DNA from: Catajapyx aquilonaris
Lineage: Eukaryota
Length of the DNA stretch: 64,000 nt
Reading direction: 5' to 3'
Assembly (NCBI GenBank): GCA_000934665.2
Contig: KZ538360.1
Span: 1-64,000, forward strand
Positions 26,577 to 38,820 of the stretch are shown here, piece by piece. Position 1 is the first letter of the stretch. Each line of letters opens with the position of its first letter. The notes beneath the pieces were generated by a model. It was not told the origin of the DNA. It saw only the letters and a program-made list of their open reading frames with translations, and made no database searches. Both the position numbers and the translations under genes were made by a program.

Positions 26577-27120
26577 TGTAGCGGGTAAATGGGGTGGATA
26601 AGGATGGGTTTGGGGACAGGATGGTACGGGATAGTTGGGATGGGACTGGGCAGGGTTGGACAGGGAGACGCAGGTAAGGTGCCGGACCTCAACGGGTTGG
26701 GGGCACTTTCCGGTTAATCATCAGACATGGGAGGTTGCTTTGAGCTGTCCTTTAATTACGTCCTCAGCAGGTACAATCACACGTACATACACCGCAACCA
26801 CACTGAGAGCCCCCTGAATCAATGTTCGTGCTCAAGGTCCTCGGCTTCGGGTCAGGTCCTCCTCTGGCCCCTGGTTGGCCCCTGGCTGGCCCCTGGCTGG
26901 CCCCTGGCTGGCCCCTCTGCTCTCTGCTGCTCTCTGCTCTCTCTCTCTCTCTCTCTCTCTGGCTGCCCTGGCTGCCCTCTCCGCGGCTTATATTTATATA
27001 TACCAGTACGGCTCCTTAGTCAGATTCTCCTCAGTCACACAGCATGACTATACGTACTGATACACATTTCCTGTCATCCTTTACACATGGTCATTCCATC
27101 CTTACTCATCCCCCATTACA
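26577..27120 (-). mobile_element. Solo LTR (544 bp), probably Ty3/Gypsy
   Basis: TGTA...TACA termini, with a GCAT direct repeat on both flanks (26573-76 and 27121-24). On the minus strand: TATA box TATATATAAATATAA (26988-27002), then a GA-rich tract, then ATTAAA (26751-56), which is the U3-R-U5 order. No internal pol sequence recognised next to it. Confidence 0.85.
26864..26975 (+). repeat. 11-bp minisatellite (CTGGCCCCTGG, ~4.7 copies) plus (CT)n inside the solo LTR
   Basis: Directly visible tandem units followed by a CT dinucleotide tract. Confidence 0.9.
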
Positions 27121-27379
27121 GCATCTTGATCGGGCCAAACATGGCGGCGCCCACTTCCATGTGATAAACCCGCTGATTTTTCTCGCTGTACGTAAATTAT
27201 TTGTGCAGACACGAATGCTGAGATATTTTTAACTTCGCAAAAATTAAATACAAAGAGAGGCACATACCCAAGCCAATATTTGATATCCTAATATAGGCTC
27301 TGGCTTCATTAAACAAGGGTGCCAACATTCCACATCCAAGGGACCATTTCTGTCGCGACAGGAAGCGACAAAGCAACCC

Positions 27380-27620
27380 CTTGTTTCAGTACCGACCTTC
27401 GAGCAAGGTCCCCAGGTTCGTCCATCTGGAAAATCAACTGAATGCAAATTAGATCCCTGTCTAATTGGCCACCCAATAAAGACCTAACTTTTTTTTTCTA
27501 TCTCTATCTCTCCCATCCCAATCTGGGTCCCCTCTAGAGAATTAATCCTGCCCTTCACCTCTGGCCATCCTCCATTTGGACCAGAAACCCTAGGGCCACC
27601 ATACCTGCTGCAGGGGGGTG
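27380..27620 (-). mobile_element. Degenerate RTE-clade LINE 3' end
   Basis: 'ALGFLVQMEDGQR' (~WLGHLxRMEDxR), 'GRDRDRKK..YWVAN', 'DGRTW' (~DRxTWR), in order. Confidence 0.4.
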
Positions 27621-28660
27621 TGATGGCGCCTCTATCGACCAAAAGGGAGGCTGCCGTGTAATTAACAAGTAATTAACGTGATTTTGGTAATTGTGTGCGG
27701 GGACTGCCAAATGGGGGGAGTGGAGGGCAAAATCCTCCATGTTCTTGGCACAATCAGAGGCGCCACTCCTGGCCCTTCCTACGTACCAATTATTGCTGCC
27801 GATTTACGACCTACCCGTGGGGTTAGGTACAAGCCGCCATACAAAAAAATGGCGAATCAGGATTTGCCACATTTTTGCCATTTTTGCGAGTGTCACCGGT
27901 CCTTATCAATAATCAGATAATAATCGTGCACGACCTACACGGTGCATATATTTTTTTCACTCACACAAATTATTGCTAATGCGGCGGTAACACCTCCGAT
28001 ACATTACCCATCTCCATAATTATGCCACCGCTCTGACTTTGATACCATAACAAGCCGGAGCTGATATGGCCCACGGTACTGCGATATGATTGGATCGTAA
28101 ATAGTGGCCATCCTCCTTTTTCACACCACCACCCCACCCAAGTGATAAAACTCTTTGCCTAGCTTTTAATACCGGTCTTTCAAGTTCACTTGTTCGATAA
28201 CTCTCTTTTTTTGTGCGTGTGTTCCTTTTTCTCAAATTATAGCCTTGTTATTAGTGCATCATTGGAACCCAGGTCGCGACTTCTAAGATACGCCCGCTTT
28301 ATTAAAATGTGCTTGGCCTGGCCACCTCTCCCAAATAATTATGTTAAAATAATAACCGACGAGTTGTCATCAGTCCCACCAATGACGGCCATAATGATTT
28401 TAATGATATTAAATTACTGCGCCCCCTTGATACTCACAGGTGGGCCCTACCTCTCATGACCAGAGCACACGACTTTACACCTCTTTTTTGTGTGTGTGAA
28501 TCTAAGAGGGGTTCATTTTCACTCTCTTGGCGTAAATAGTGGAGTGGCAGTTGATACTGGCTTTAAACTGACACTTAGCGACTTCTGGCGGCCATCATAA
28601 ATTTGTTGTACCAATATGTTTACGCGTGGTTGATCGTGAAGGTCTATGTGTTTATTCTAG

Positions 28661-28808
28661 GCTAGGCCTAGGTCCACGTGGCAGTTATGCCCAGGTCCGC
28701 GTGGTGGCTAGGCTCAGGTCCGCGTGGTGGCTAGGCTCAGGTCCGCGTGGTGGCTAGGCTCAGGTCCACGTGGTGGCTAGGCTTAAATCCACGTGGCAGC
28801 TAGGCCTA
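28661..28808 (+). repeat. 23-bp GC-rich minisatellite, ~6.4 copies
   Basis: Consensus GCTAGGCTCAGGTCCRCGTGGTG. Central copies are identical and edge copies are diverged. Confidence 0.95.
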
Positions 28809-30819
28809 TAGGTGGAAGCTAGGCCTAAAGACAAACAGGCCCAGTTACGCCCAGCTGAATAGTTATAGCTAGGCCCAGCTTAAAACAATCAAACGAACAC
28901 ACCCAGTTCACTTTCTGCTCCATAGGACCCAACCGCAATCAGCCAGATACTCGATGAATAATGCCAAAATTTTGGAGCAATCAGTTGTATGACAAAGTGC
29001 TCCAGTTGGTTTTATCTCGGAATATGATGCGTGTAGAACATGAATGAACCAGTGGAGATAGAGGGTTGTAATGAACAGCCACACTGCGGGTATTGCGTTG
29101 TGTAGTCTGGTGTTGGCGCGGGGGTTATATTGCCATTCATTTCACGGATCCGATTCATTAATCGGAGCCCATTATTATAATTGCGCAGATTAATTGCAGA
29201 TGTTTCTCTTCGCATGCGGAAAATAGGTAGAGAGAGTGGGTGGGGTTTACACACATGTAAAGTAGGCCTACAAAACATGCTAACGCTTCGACATTTTCAT
29301 CTACAGGCCTATGTGTTTTTTTTGGGGGGGGGGGATTGGTTTTATCGCGCGTATTAGATCAATCTTTGACCCGTTGGTTGCGAAATTTATGCGCTGCGGT
29401 ATTAGTGCGGAATTTCCAGACAATCGATGAGCCATCATTTTCGAAATAACTGTCCGTGCCGGTGTTATTAACCGTTCGGATGTCATATAGATGCGGTCAA
29501 ATGGCCACGCTTTGACAAAGTGCTATGCAAATAAATTAAATGACAGCACCAAAATCGCGGAACCCCCCGAAGACTCCGCGGCAGAAAACTACAAAAATTA
29601 ACATAAATTATAACAAATTTATAGCTCTTAATACGTACATAATTAACTAATCAACTGGCCATTTTCATCCCCAGGTACTAATTGGAGGATTTGACTCGAA
29701 AAAAAAAACTACTGGGCGACCACACCTTTCTTATCTGCCACCGCATTACTCCACACATGCTAATTCCGAGTCCCACGTATGCACCCAGTGTCAACCCGAT
29801 ATCGAGCCCTGATAACCACTGCAAAAAAAAGGAGGCAAGATGAAACACCCGGTATAAGTCAAGGAAGACGTCTTGCCTCCGGGAAACAACAGGCCATGAA
29901 TAATTCAAGCCCTTACCTGCGACACATTTTCGTTCAAAAAGGTGTTGCAATTTGCGAAAACCACCTCTCATCTCCAAAAATCTGAGCACAACAAATAAAT
30001 AAATAAATAAATAAATAAAAACCATTATTAACCTAAAACTTACTACAGTATGTCCAACAAAGGTGTGTGGGTTGCATTCTTTCTGTGGGAATAATGAGCT
30101 TGACTTTTTAATAGCCGGTCCTATTGGTATGTATAGTGACGAATTAACCGGGTGTTGTTGGGGCGGGGAAATTTTTTGACTAAAGTCCGCATAAAGTGGG
30201 CCTAATTTATTCGGGAGGCCGTTAACTGTACACGGTGTGTCAGATGCGATTCCTAATCCCGCCGGTCATCTCTTATTTCACTTATTGTGTCATGTTTTCA
30301 CCTGTGGAAATTGGGGCGTTAGATTGCAAGCACGAATGTTAAGAGGGTTTTTACGCGTTTTTGAAGAGGCGGAGGAGGAGGAGGCGACAACAAAAAATAT
30401 ATACGAATATATGGGCGGCAAATTGCTTTGAGTTCATAGCTCATTCGTACTAAGTCATTTACATACTCTGTACGAAGTATGAAATGAAGGCTCTTACATT
30501 CAACACATAAGGTACTGTACATAAACGTGTATTCTTACTGGAACTTTCTGTTTGAAATTAATTTCTCATATCTGAATGTTTATTATTATTATATTTGATG
30601 TAATATTATGTTTCGTACAATTTATCTTTACATTCATATTAATTCATGCTTATGCGGTACTGTAGAATTTATACTACCCTGCTTGAGGTAAGCCTATATA
30701 GTGTATAAGACAGATTTTCTATTTTAAAACCATGTACTGTATATGAACAAAATGACTTGCCAGAGTGTATACTGTACATGTGGATAGCATATACAGCTTC
30801 ACAGTCGGTTTTTGCACAT

Positions 30820-31090
30820 TTCGCAGCTAATGTCACAGCCTGGAAAAATTCCAAACTCAGTCTTCTGCTGGAGGCGACCTGTCAGTCAGAGTCCAAACAG
30901 ACATATCTGGAGGCCAAACTTTATCCTGACATTTTTTGGAACACTCTGTGCCCACAATATAAGTTGACCAAGAAGAAGGCCAGAGAGGAAGAGGCCGACC
31001 AATATTTTTCCGAGTCTGACAACAGCATCCATCATGCATACCTCCGCTTCAACTGTGGCCGACACCAACCATTCTCCCTGGCTTTCTTCG
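30820..31090 (+). mobile_element. Degenerate RTE-clade LINE 3' end
   Basis: 'LTFFG' (~LxFFGH), then the RTE hallmark 'EGQRGRGRP' at 30975-31001, then 'SDNSI' (~WxDNI). Confidence 0.5.
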
Positions 31091-31599
31091 TTGGTTCCGC
31101 TAAATTGCCCCGCCAAGGTCAGGGTGCGGGCTAATCCGCCATTTTGAGACCCCTAAATCACGTCAGACCACGGTGCCTTACGCCTCAAACAAACCCAATT
31201 AGATATGGAATGACAGCCTATAGATGGTGTATAGGGGGGAAATAATAATGGCATGTAGCTCAAAATTTTGACAAAATATTCAACAGCATTAGCTCGACTG
31301 TGCCTCTGTTTGTCCGCGGTGAGTCATCAGCAGTGTGCTCCATTTGCGAAACATTCTACGCCCGCAGTCTGGGGCATTGTTTTAGCCAGGGGGTTAACTC
31401 GCAAATAAATAGTACCAGCCATATTGCACCTGTTGGAACACCCTGTATTTTCGCAATCATCAGCAACCCCAACCAAAACGATTATTTACGACAATGTCGA
31501 TCCAAGATGGCGTTCCCTAAAATGCAACCCCCCTTTTTCACATTTTTTCTTCCTTTTTTTCTGGTAAGGGGGAGCCCATGAAGAATCACCCGCAGGAAT

Positions 31600-32062
31600 C
31601 AATCTGCCAGGCCCTGTCAAATTGCGGGTCCCCCCCAAAAACGCCGGGCCGAATTATTCCCCTTTTCCTACAGGAAGATTTTCGGGGTGGCGCCTGAAAG
31701 ATGAGTCTTGTGCCAAAAACCTGTTCGCGACGAAGGAGAATAAGAAGCCCCCCCAGTTTCAAAGCATCCCCCATGTGACTGATGGCTTCAAAAGAACGAA
31801 CAGAAAACCTGAATTCACATATTATTTTTTTCCACCCTCGAGACAAAAATCCATTTCTAATCCGTAGTGTTTGGCGCCCATCTTGGCGCCACATCCTCCA
31901 AGAAACCAGGACTGAATAAGTTAACAAGATCCAGAGGAGAGGGTGGGTTTTAATGACTGATGATGATGAGACATGAATCTTTTTCCCAGCCTCAAAACTA
32001 GGATGGGAGGTAAAAGCACCCACGAAACGCCCATCTATCCTCGTCATGTGCTGGATTTTCAA
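31600..32062 (-). mobile_element. Degenerate RTE-clade LINE ORF2 C-terminal fragment
   Basis: ORF 31586-32062 'SFEAGKKIHVSSSSVIKTHPLLWILLTYSVLVSWRMW...RIRNGFLSRGWKKII...LILLRREQVFG' versus RTE 'AF..LKKIW.S..ISxKTKxRL..TLVxSVLLYGxExW...RIxAFExRCxRKIL...IIxRRRL..FGH'. Confidence 0.6.
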
Positions 32063-32830
32063 TTAATCCTTTCAGAGGGGGGGTGGGGGGTGATGAGGAA
32101 GCCACGTAATCTGATCACATGTGTACTTTTTTTTAGGGGGGCTACATATATGCGTGATCATACCGATAGCTGGGGGTGTAATAATAAAACGCTTGGGGTT
32201 TTTCCTGGTAGGCCCAGCTCGTGACCGAAATCACTTGCAGCATATTTCTTTTTATCACTCCTCCCCTGTTGTATTGACTGATAGTCTTATCGCATGATTA
32301 GGACTAATACGTGTATAATGTGGTGTATGAGTGATGATAAGCGGCCTCACTTCCTGGCGTCGGGGAAGCAAGAAAAAATATGGCTTCCATTATGGCTGCG
32401 GTAAGTGAGGAGCGGTTGTGATTTATTCGGCTCTTTAGATTGTTTTCAGAGAAACTGGTCTTTTGACGCAGTCAACACATGGGTTTGTTAAGGGGAAGCC
32501 TCGGCATTCCGACATGACATGGGTTCACGTTTTGCTCCGTCCAACACCCCGCCGCACCTATAACGTAACGGTCACACACTCAAAAACTTGGTATGCGTAT
32601 TAATACCCACACACACTCGCGCATATAATGCGTGTCCATGTTATGCGACCCTGTGTGCGTAAAATCATGGACTCGAACGCATTTTATTAGCACACTTTGA
32701 TTATTTGTATTGTTGTTTACATATTTTATTATTCAGTTAAAATTGCATTTTTGCCTGATCCATTTTTGTTTCATTTCGCTATATGTACTACGTTACTGGC
32801 AACGGCAAGTATTTTATTATTATGTTTTAT

Positions 32831-33026
32831 TTTCACAAATTAATATTTGCTAATTTAATTTCACAAATTAATTTGTGCTAATTTAATTTCACAAATTAAT
32901 TTTTGCTAATTTAATTTCACAAATTAATTTTTGCTAATTTAATTTCACAAATTAATTTTTGCTAATTTAATTTCACAAATTAATTTGTGCTAATTTAATT
33001 TCACCAATTCATTGTGACTAATTAAA
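32831..33026 (+). repeat. 28-bp AT-rich minisatellite, 6 near-identical copies plus 1 degenerate
   Basis: Unit TTTCACAAATTAATTT(T/G)TGCTAATTTAA. Confidence 0.95.
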
Positions 33027-36000
33027 TGTTACTTTTACTATTTTATTTTAATGCTTTACTGTTAGTTATGTCGTACAATTATAATATTATTTTACTATCT
33101 GATTTTACTTTCACTATTTCACATCATTTTCACTAACTTACGTTATTTTTCTTCTTAATTGTTATTTATTAGCGAAACGGCCGAACACATGCCAAGTCTT
33201 GACTAGAAGCCTTAAAAAATAGTCGCGGCAATTAAACCAAGTGCCAATATCTTTTTGCTAGGTGTCCTTCACCCTCTCTCGGGTTGCATGGAAATGACAG
33301 GTGAATGTGACCCGCTGGGTTTTGTGAGACCACCCACACCTGCTTGGGAGGGGAGGGGAGGGGAGGGGAGGGGGGATTATTTGTCGCTAATTGCATTGCT
33401 TGTAACTCTGCCTTCTCATCAGGCCCGCCATGCAGCTCGCATTGCCAAGTAGGATAAGGTGTCATAACTCATACTTGCGGATACATGCAGGAATTAATCG
33501 AAATGAGCCGCTAACGAGCTGAGAGGCCGGTCGATACTATCATTTTTTTAAAATTTAAAAAGGCATGTGCCGTTATTAGCGGGCCTTTTAACCTGCCAAT
33601 ATTCACGTCATGATTATCGGAATTTGACCACCACATCAGGCATACGCCAGTTAAATTTTGATAAGCTTTAAAAATTTTAGTAAATCCCAGAAGCGGCTGT
33701 ACTGCTCCTGTTTTTTTTTTTTAAAAAAAAACTTCATTTGCGAAAATGCGACAAGGTAATACCTATCAAGATTTCATCACGATTCTTGGGTGTCTGCACA
33801 AGTGTAAAATGAAAAAAAAATATCGGGGTGTCACGAAATCTGGTACAACACCACACCACACTGGTGCACTGCATTTAAGTTATTATTATTATTATTTTTG
33901 AGAAATTGAACCACTTGTCAAAACTGGGAAAAACTGTCAGGGCACTGGCCATGTAGTCTCATACTCCTCCCAAAGATGGCGCATCCTCCCTCTCTGCACA
34001 CTACTGCCACTCTCAGGGTTGTGCGAGGGGTAGTGGTACTACATGAACCTAGCTGAGCTGATGGCTCACCCCGGACAAACAAAGGCACAGATTGCATATG
34101 ATTTATTTTCTGACTTATTTAACTCCCTTTGAGGGCCACGTAATATACGATAGTGAGTGTTTAGTAACTAACCCACTTGCAACATTTGTCGTGGGCCGAG
34201 ACAGCCCCACATTACCATTATCGCCCATCAGTCGATGACCGATACAAGCACGTGCTAGTAACTGGCTCTGCGATACAATTAGCCGACGGTAACCCACTCC
34301 CTTCTCCCTGGAGTTTTTGAAATGAGGCAGGACGTCGTGACTCACCCTTCGCCATAAACAACAGCAAGGAGATGCCATTCCCGAACGTCACAAAAGCCAG
34401 AGCAATTCCCAGAATACGCGCTGACAGTAAAGTGTGACTCCTGTCACCCTCCGAAGACAAGCCTCCAGGAAAACTGGGCTCTAATTAAGAAATAAATATA
34501 ACTCCCCGGTGCAGGTGGGAAAGACCAGGTATATTTACGTCCGAGTTGGGGAGAAAATAATTAGGTTGCAGCCGCTCCGGACACATCAACGGTTAATTCC
34601 ACCCTCCTTAGGGCCCAGCAGCCTGGGAAGAGATTCCATGAGCTATGAGGTAGGCCTCGAAAAAACAAACGCTTGGAATTCGCCTTCTGCAAGAATGGAC
34701 CCCCTTTGGAGCTCTGATAAGATGCTGCCCCCCTTTATTGCCCAACGTCTTTATTGCGCCCCCCCCTCTCCTTTTTGTGATGTATGACTTCATAAAACCG
34801 GCGAGCTTTGCATCTTTTGCGCCTGGTATAAATCATATGCCCCATTTTCCCCCCCTTACCAGCAACCAGTTTACATTCGCTCCCCCCTACCCTTCAAGCA
34901 CTATTTCAAACCTCACTTCTTTTTCTTCAGAACCTAAATCCGAGCAGTCATAATTGTAACCTTCACGTCTGGTCAGGTCTGTGTTACACCCTTAACCCTG
35001 GATGAAGTTTGAAGGGTATAGTCACTTTGCAGGTTTGCATATTTTAATATAGACAACAAAAAATACTCTGTATGTGGCTTGGCCCTCATATTTCGGAAGA
35101 GCAATGAACCGAGGTTCATATATACACACCTGTATTTTTCTGATTCATAAAAACAGGTGTATTGAATTTCATCGGGTGCACAGTCAATGTGTGGTAAAAC
35201 AGCGGGATAGCAACAAAGCGAGCGGTGAATAGGCACCATTTCCACATGCAAAATATTGGTACACAAAAGCTGAATATCACAAACATAATTATTAATTATT
35301 ACACTCGCTACTATACTCCGCGCTTATGTGAAAATAAACAGCCAAACCAAATATACGCGGAAAGTTTATGCAAATAAATACATTTTTGGGGAGGTTGTTT
35401 AACAGCGGGAAACTCCCCCCCATAATTTTGAGCCAAAAATTTGCGCAATCTGGGCAAAATTAGCCATTACCGTGAACTGTTGGTTTATAAACGGCGGAAC
35501 TCTCTTGTGCGGCGTGAAAGCTTACACTCCAGGGGCAGCGATGATGTGCAGTATTATTAATGCCCCTGGGAAACATACCCTGTGGCACGCACAAACAACA
35601 ACAACAAAAAAAATACCCGACCACAAAACGATTTAATATGCCGGCAATTGTTGTGCTTGGCAAAAAAAGGTGTACCTTGAAAAACTCAATTATTCCGGGC
35701 TTAGCAATTAAACGATTGGTTGTTCGAGGCGTCTTTTCCACAACATATTGCAAAATGTTTCGGCCATTTTGGCTTAAAGAGGACAGGTCATGTATGGGCC
35801 GGGTGTTTTTCCACGGCCATAAATCTCCAGACCCCTTGAATGAACCTCGGGTCATAAAAATGGCGAGATTGAAAACAGTTCATGCATTACAATGGCCGCC
35901 AGAAGTTTTCTTCGGTCCGCACCTGCAACATGCACTTTTTTTTGAAATTAAATTCTGTAAGTGCCAACAATTAGCTAGGCACCACACCAAAAAAATCACT

Positions 36001-36044
36001 TGTTGCTGTGGCCTCAGCCTCTCTATATTGTGTTCTTTTTTCCA

Positions 36045-36270
36045 ATAACAACTCGGCAGCCAACCTTGGCAAGTCTCGACCTGTTCCATAAACGGCCACT
36101 CAGAACCGTCCTCACCCAGCAGGAAGGCGCTTATTTCAACCCCAAAACGACTTTTATTGACAAATCCGGCGGTCATCCTTTCAAGATGAAACGCTCCCGC
36201 AAACAGACGGTCCTTTGTCTCCGGGGCGTCTTTCTTGAGATGAAGGCGTCAACTTGGAACAAAAATGGAA
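36045..36270 (+). mobile_element. Degenerate CR1-like LINE ORF2 C-terminal fragment
   Basis: 'LDLFHK...KSGGHPFKMKRSRKQT...F..KASTWN' versus CR1 'LxLFYKI...TRGHPFKL...T...FF..R..WN'. Confidence 0.5.
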
Positions 36271-36779
36271 ACCACAGAAAGCAATACGAACATTGTTTCC
36301 TATATGATATATTTTCCTATACGAATTTACAAAAAAAATTAAATTGTTGTATTGTTACTGATTGTTACTGTGCTGTTTCTTACACCATGCGGGCGGTGCA
36401 ACTTTGCCACCCATTTTTACTGCGTGTTGTTGTTGCCTCCTGGTCATAAACTCTCTGTTCGAGAGAAGGCCGTAAAAATACCGGGGACCTAAAAATGGCG
36501 GACTAACAACATGCGCATTTTGCACAAGTAAACCGGTTGTTACTTTATCAGCAGAATTTTCTCACCAACGTGTCAATTTCTTGAAAACAAATTGTTTTGC
36601 CCCCTTATCCAATTACGAGAAGGGTTTGGGGGCCGAAGACTTGGATCGTGTCACATGCCTTAATTGGCGTACTTACTCTTGCCGTCTGACAACCGACAGT
36701 GATGACTTGTTGTAAGGTACTCACCTGCAATGAGACAAGAAATATGGCTGTATTAGACAGGATTTACAGCCCGGATCTC

Positions 36780-37090
36780 TCTCCGGGGATACTGCAAGAG
36801 GGGGGTTTTTAAGTGTATACACTTAAAAAAAACCCTCTTGCACAAGCATATGATCCATTGAAAAGTCATGCCAGACTCTGGATTGGTTCCAGAGATGCTT
36901 TTAGAGTAGCACCTGTAGCTCCATACATCTCTCTGGCTGATCCCAGACAAAGACCCCTACAGATCTCAAGAACCCTAATCACGACCCTTTTTCTGTCCAC
37001 CCCCTTTTCAAAGGTGGATCCAATCCGTTTCTTCCTGCTGAAGTGCCTGCCAAATTGGTGGAGGAACAAATGACGTTCCTTAACAGTGAT
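36780..37090 (-). mobile_element. Degenerate I/Nimb-like LINE ORF2 fragment
   Basis: 'GVDRKRVVIRVLEICRGL...MYGATGATLKASLEPIQSLA' versus 'GADR..LLxLYRSL...YGSAxxTxLxxLDPIQNxA', followed by 'PLLQYPRR' (~PPLxYRR). Confidence 0.55.
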
Positions 37091-37930
37091 TACTCGAAGT
37101 AGCAGTGATCGGTAGTGCATATGGCGTCCATACTCAGATGGCGCTAGGGTCAACATACTCCATGACAGGCCCTGATTTACACCCTGCAAGGTACACTGTA
37201 TATGCAAGCACAAGAAAATCGAGGTGCCCCCCCCCCCCTTCAACCAATCACGATTTTGCACTTTCTGAACCTATGAACCCTTCTTCCCTCCTGGTAATGG
37301 ACGCAGCTCGCCACGGGAATCGCATCGTAAATTGTACTGCAAACATACTTCTCGGAAAATATTATGTGGGGACCCCCTATGTATTATATATGGCGGCGGT
37401 GAGAGGCTATCTTCACCCATCGACAAATTACGAGCGAGCCTGGGCTTGCAAAAACCCTTCCGCGCGGCCAGCTGTTGACAGGCACAAGTCCGCCATGCGT
37501 GAGACCTACCCACAAAATATGGCATGTGCATCGTGGGGGTTTTTGGTCTGACGGAGGGGGTTTGGTTGGAAGCTCGCATGGGAGGAAGCACCAAAGATGA
37601 CCAGATACGGTTTGGTGTCACTTTTATCGCCGCCATGTTGGTTTTTAGACCGTGTTAGATGCATCTAAATGGGGGTGTTTATTCGGGTTTATTGTAGGGT
37701 TAAATTGATTATAAAGTGCCCGGGTCTCGTCATGATTGTGGAGTTAGGTCGTCTCCCATTTCCTCTCGGGTGGGATTCCTTCAGGCGAACCACCCAGGGG
37801 AACTCACAAATTGGCAGCTAATGATCGTGCCTTTCAGATTGGATGCATCCGACCTTTAACAAGCAGTTTAGAGGTCAAGACAGATTCGTTTGTGACTTTA
37901 AACACAATTAAATTTTTAAAATTGAAAATA

Positions 37931-38091
37931 CAGTCGAATCAGGATATAACAGACTTGAATGGACCGCGGAAATCAGTCTGTTATAGCCGAATACACAGGC
38001 CATATATGGAAGATACGCAGGGACCGGCCTTTCGAGTCTGTTATAACTGAAAGTCTCTCAGAGCTGAGGCTGTTATATCCGCATTAAACTG
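37931..38091. mobile_element. pogo/Tigger-type MITE (161 bp)
   Basis: TA on both flanks. 24-bp TIRs CAGTCGAATCAGGATATAACAGAC versus rc CAGTTTAATGCGGATATAACAGCC (19/24). Internal subterminal repeats GTCTGTTATA. Confidence 0.85.
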
Positions 38092-38793
38092 TATAAAATG
38101 TAGGCCTACAATCAAACATTGATAAAATAAATCAAAGATTGAAATATTGTTAAAAATTAAACAATTACACATTTCAAAATAATTATTAAAATTCAGTTCA
38201 AATTTATAACACTTATAAAATTATATTAAATACAGAAAAAATGCACTAAGAGAAAATGATAAACACCCTTTATGGCCCCTATACCGGTTCTGAATACATA
38301 TTTCCTAATATGAATAAGGGTGAGCTTGTTTCTATAAACTACCTCAGGCATCCACCAGAAGGCGCCACAGGGGATAGAACCCGACACCCATCCCACTAAA
38401 TTGCCTCTGTTCAATTAGAGAATACGAACCTATTCGAAGCAATGCATCGCAATGGAGAGAAAGACCTCCATTGTGTAAAAATATCGAGACGAGATTAGTC
38501 TCGAATCCTTGCAACGAGCATTGGCGCCATCTTAGTTGCCAAGAAACGGGGCATTACAAGTTGAGCAGCAGGATTTGGGTAGGTGGGGGGTGGGGAGGGA
38601 GGGAGGGAGGGGAAACTTCCGCATCTGAATTTTCAATTACCACACTATTAGGAATTTGGGAGAGTGCAGGGAGGCTTCTTGCGCTTAATCCCACCCTCTC
38701 CTGCCACCAAGCCGCCAGAAGCTTTGTTTCGCTTTTACCCCATTTCCAAGCCTAATTTAAGCCGATCCTACGCCCAAAGAGTGCTTCATATCT

Positions 38794-38820
38794 GAAGAAG
38801 AAGAAGAAGAAGAAGAAGAA
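38794..38820 (+). repeat. (GAA)9 microsatellite
   Basis: Directly visible. Confidence 0.95.

Noticed and set aside
28661..33026. Tandem arrays considered as CRISPR
   Set aside because: Head-to-tail units with no unique spacers, no cas genes, and a eukaryotic context.
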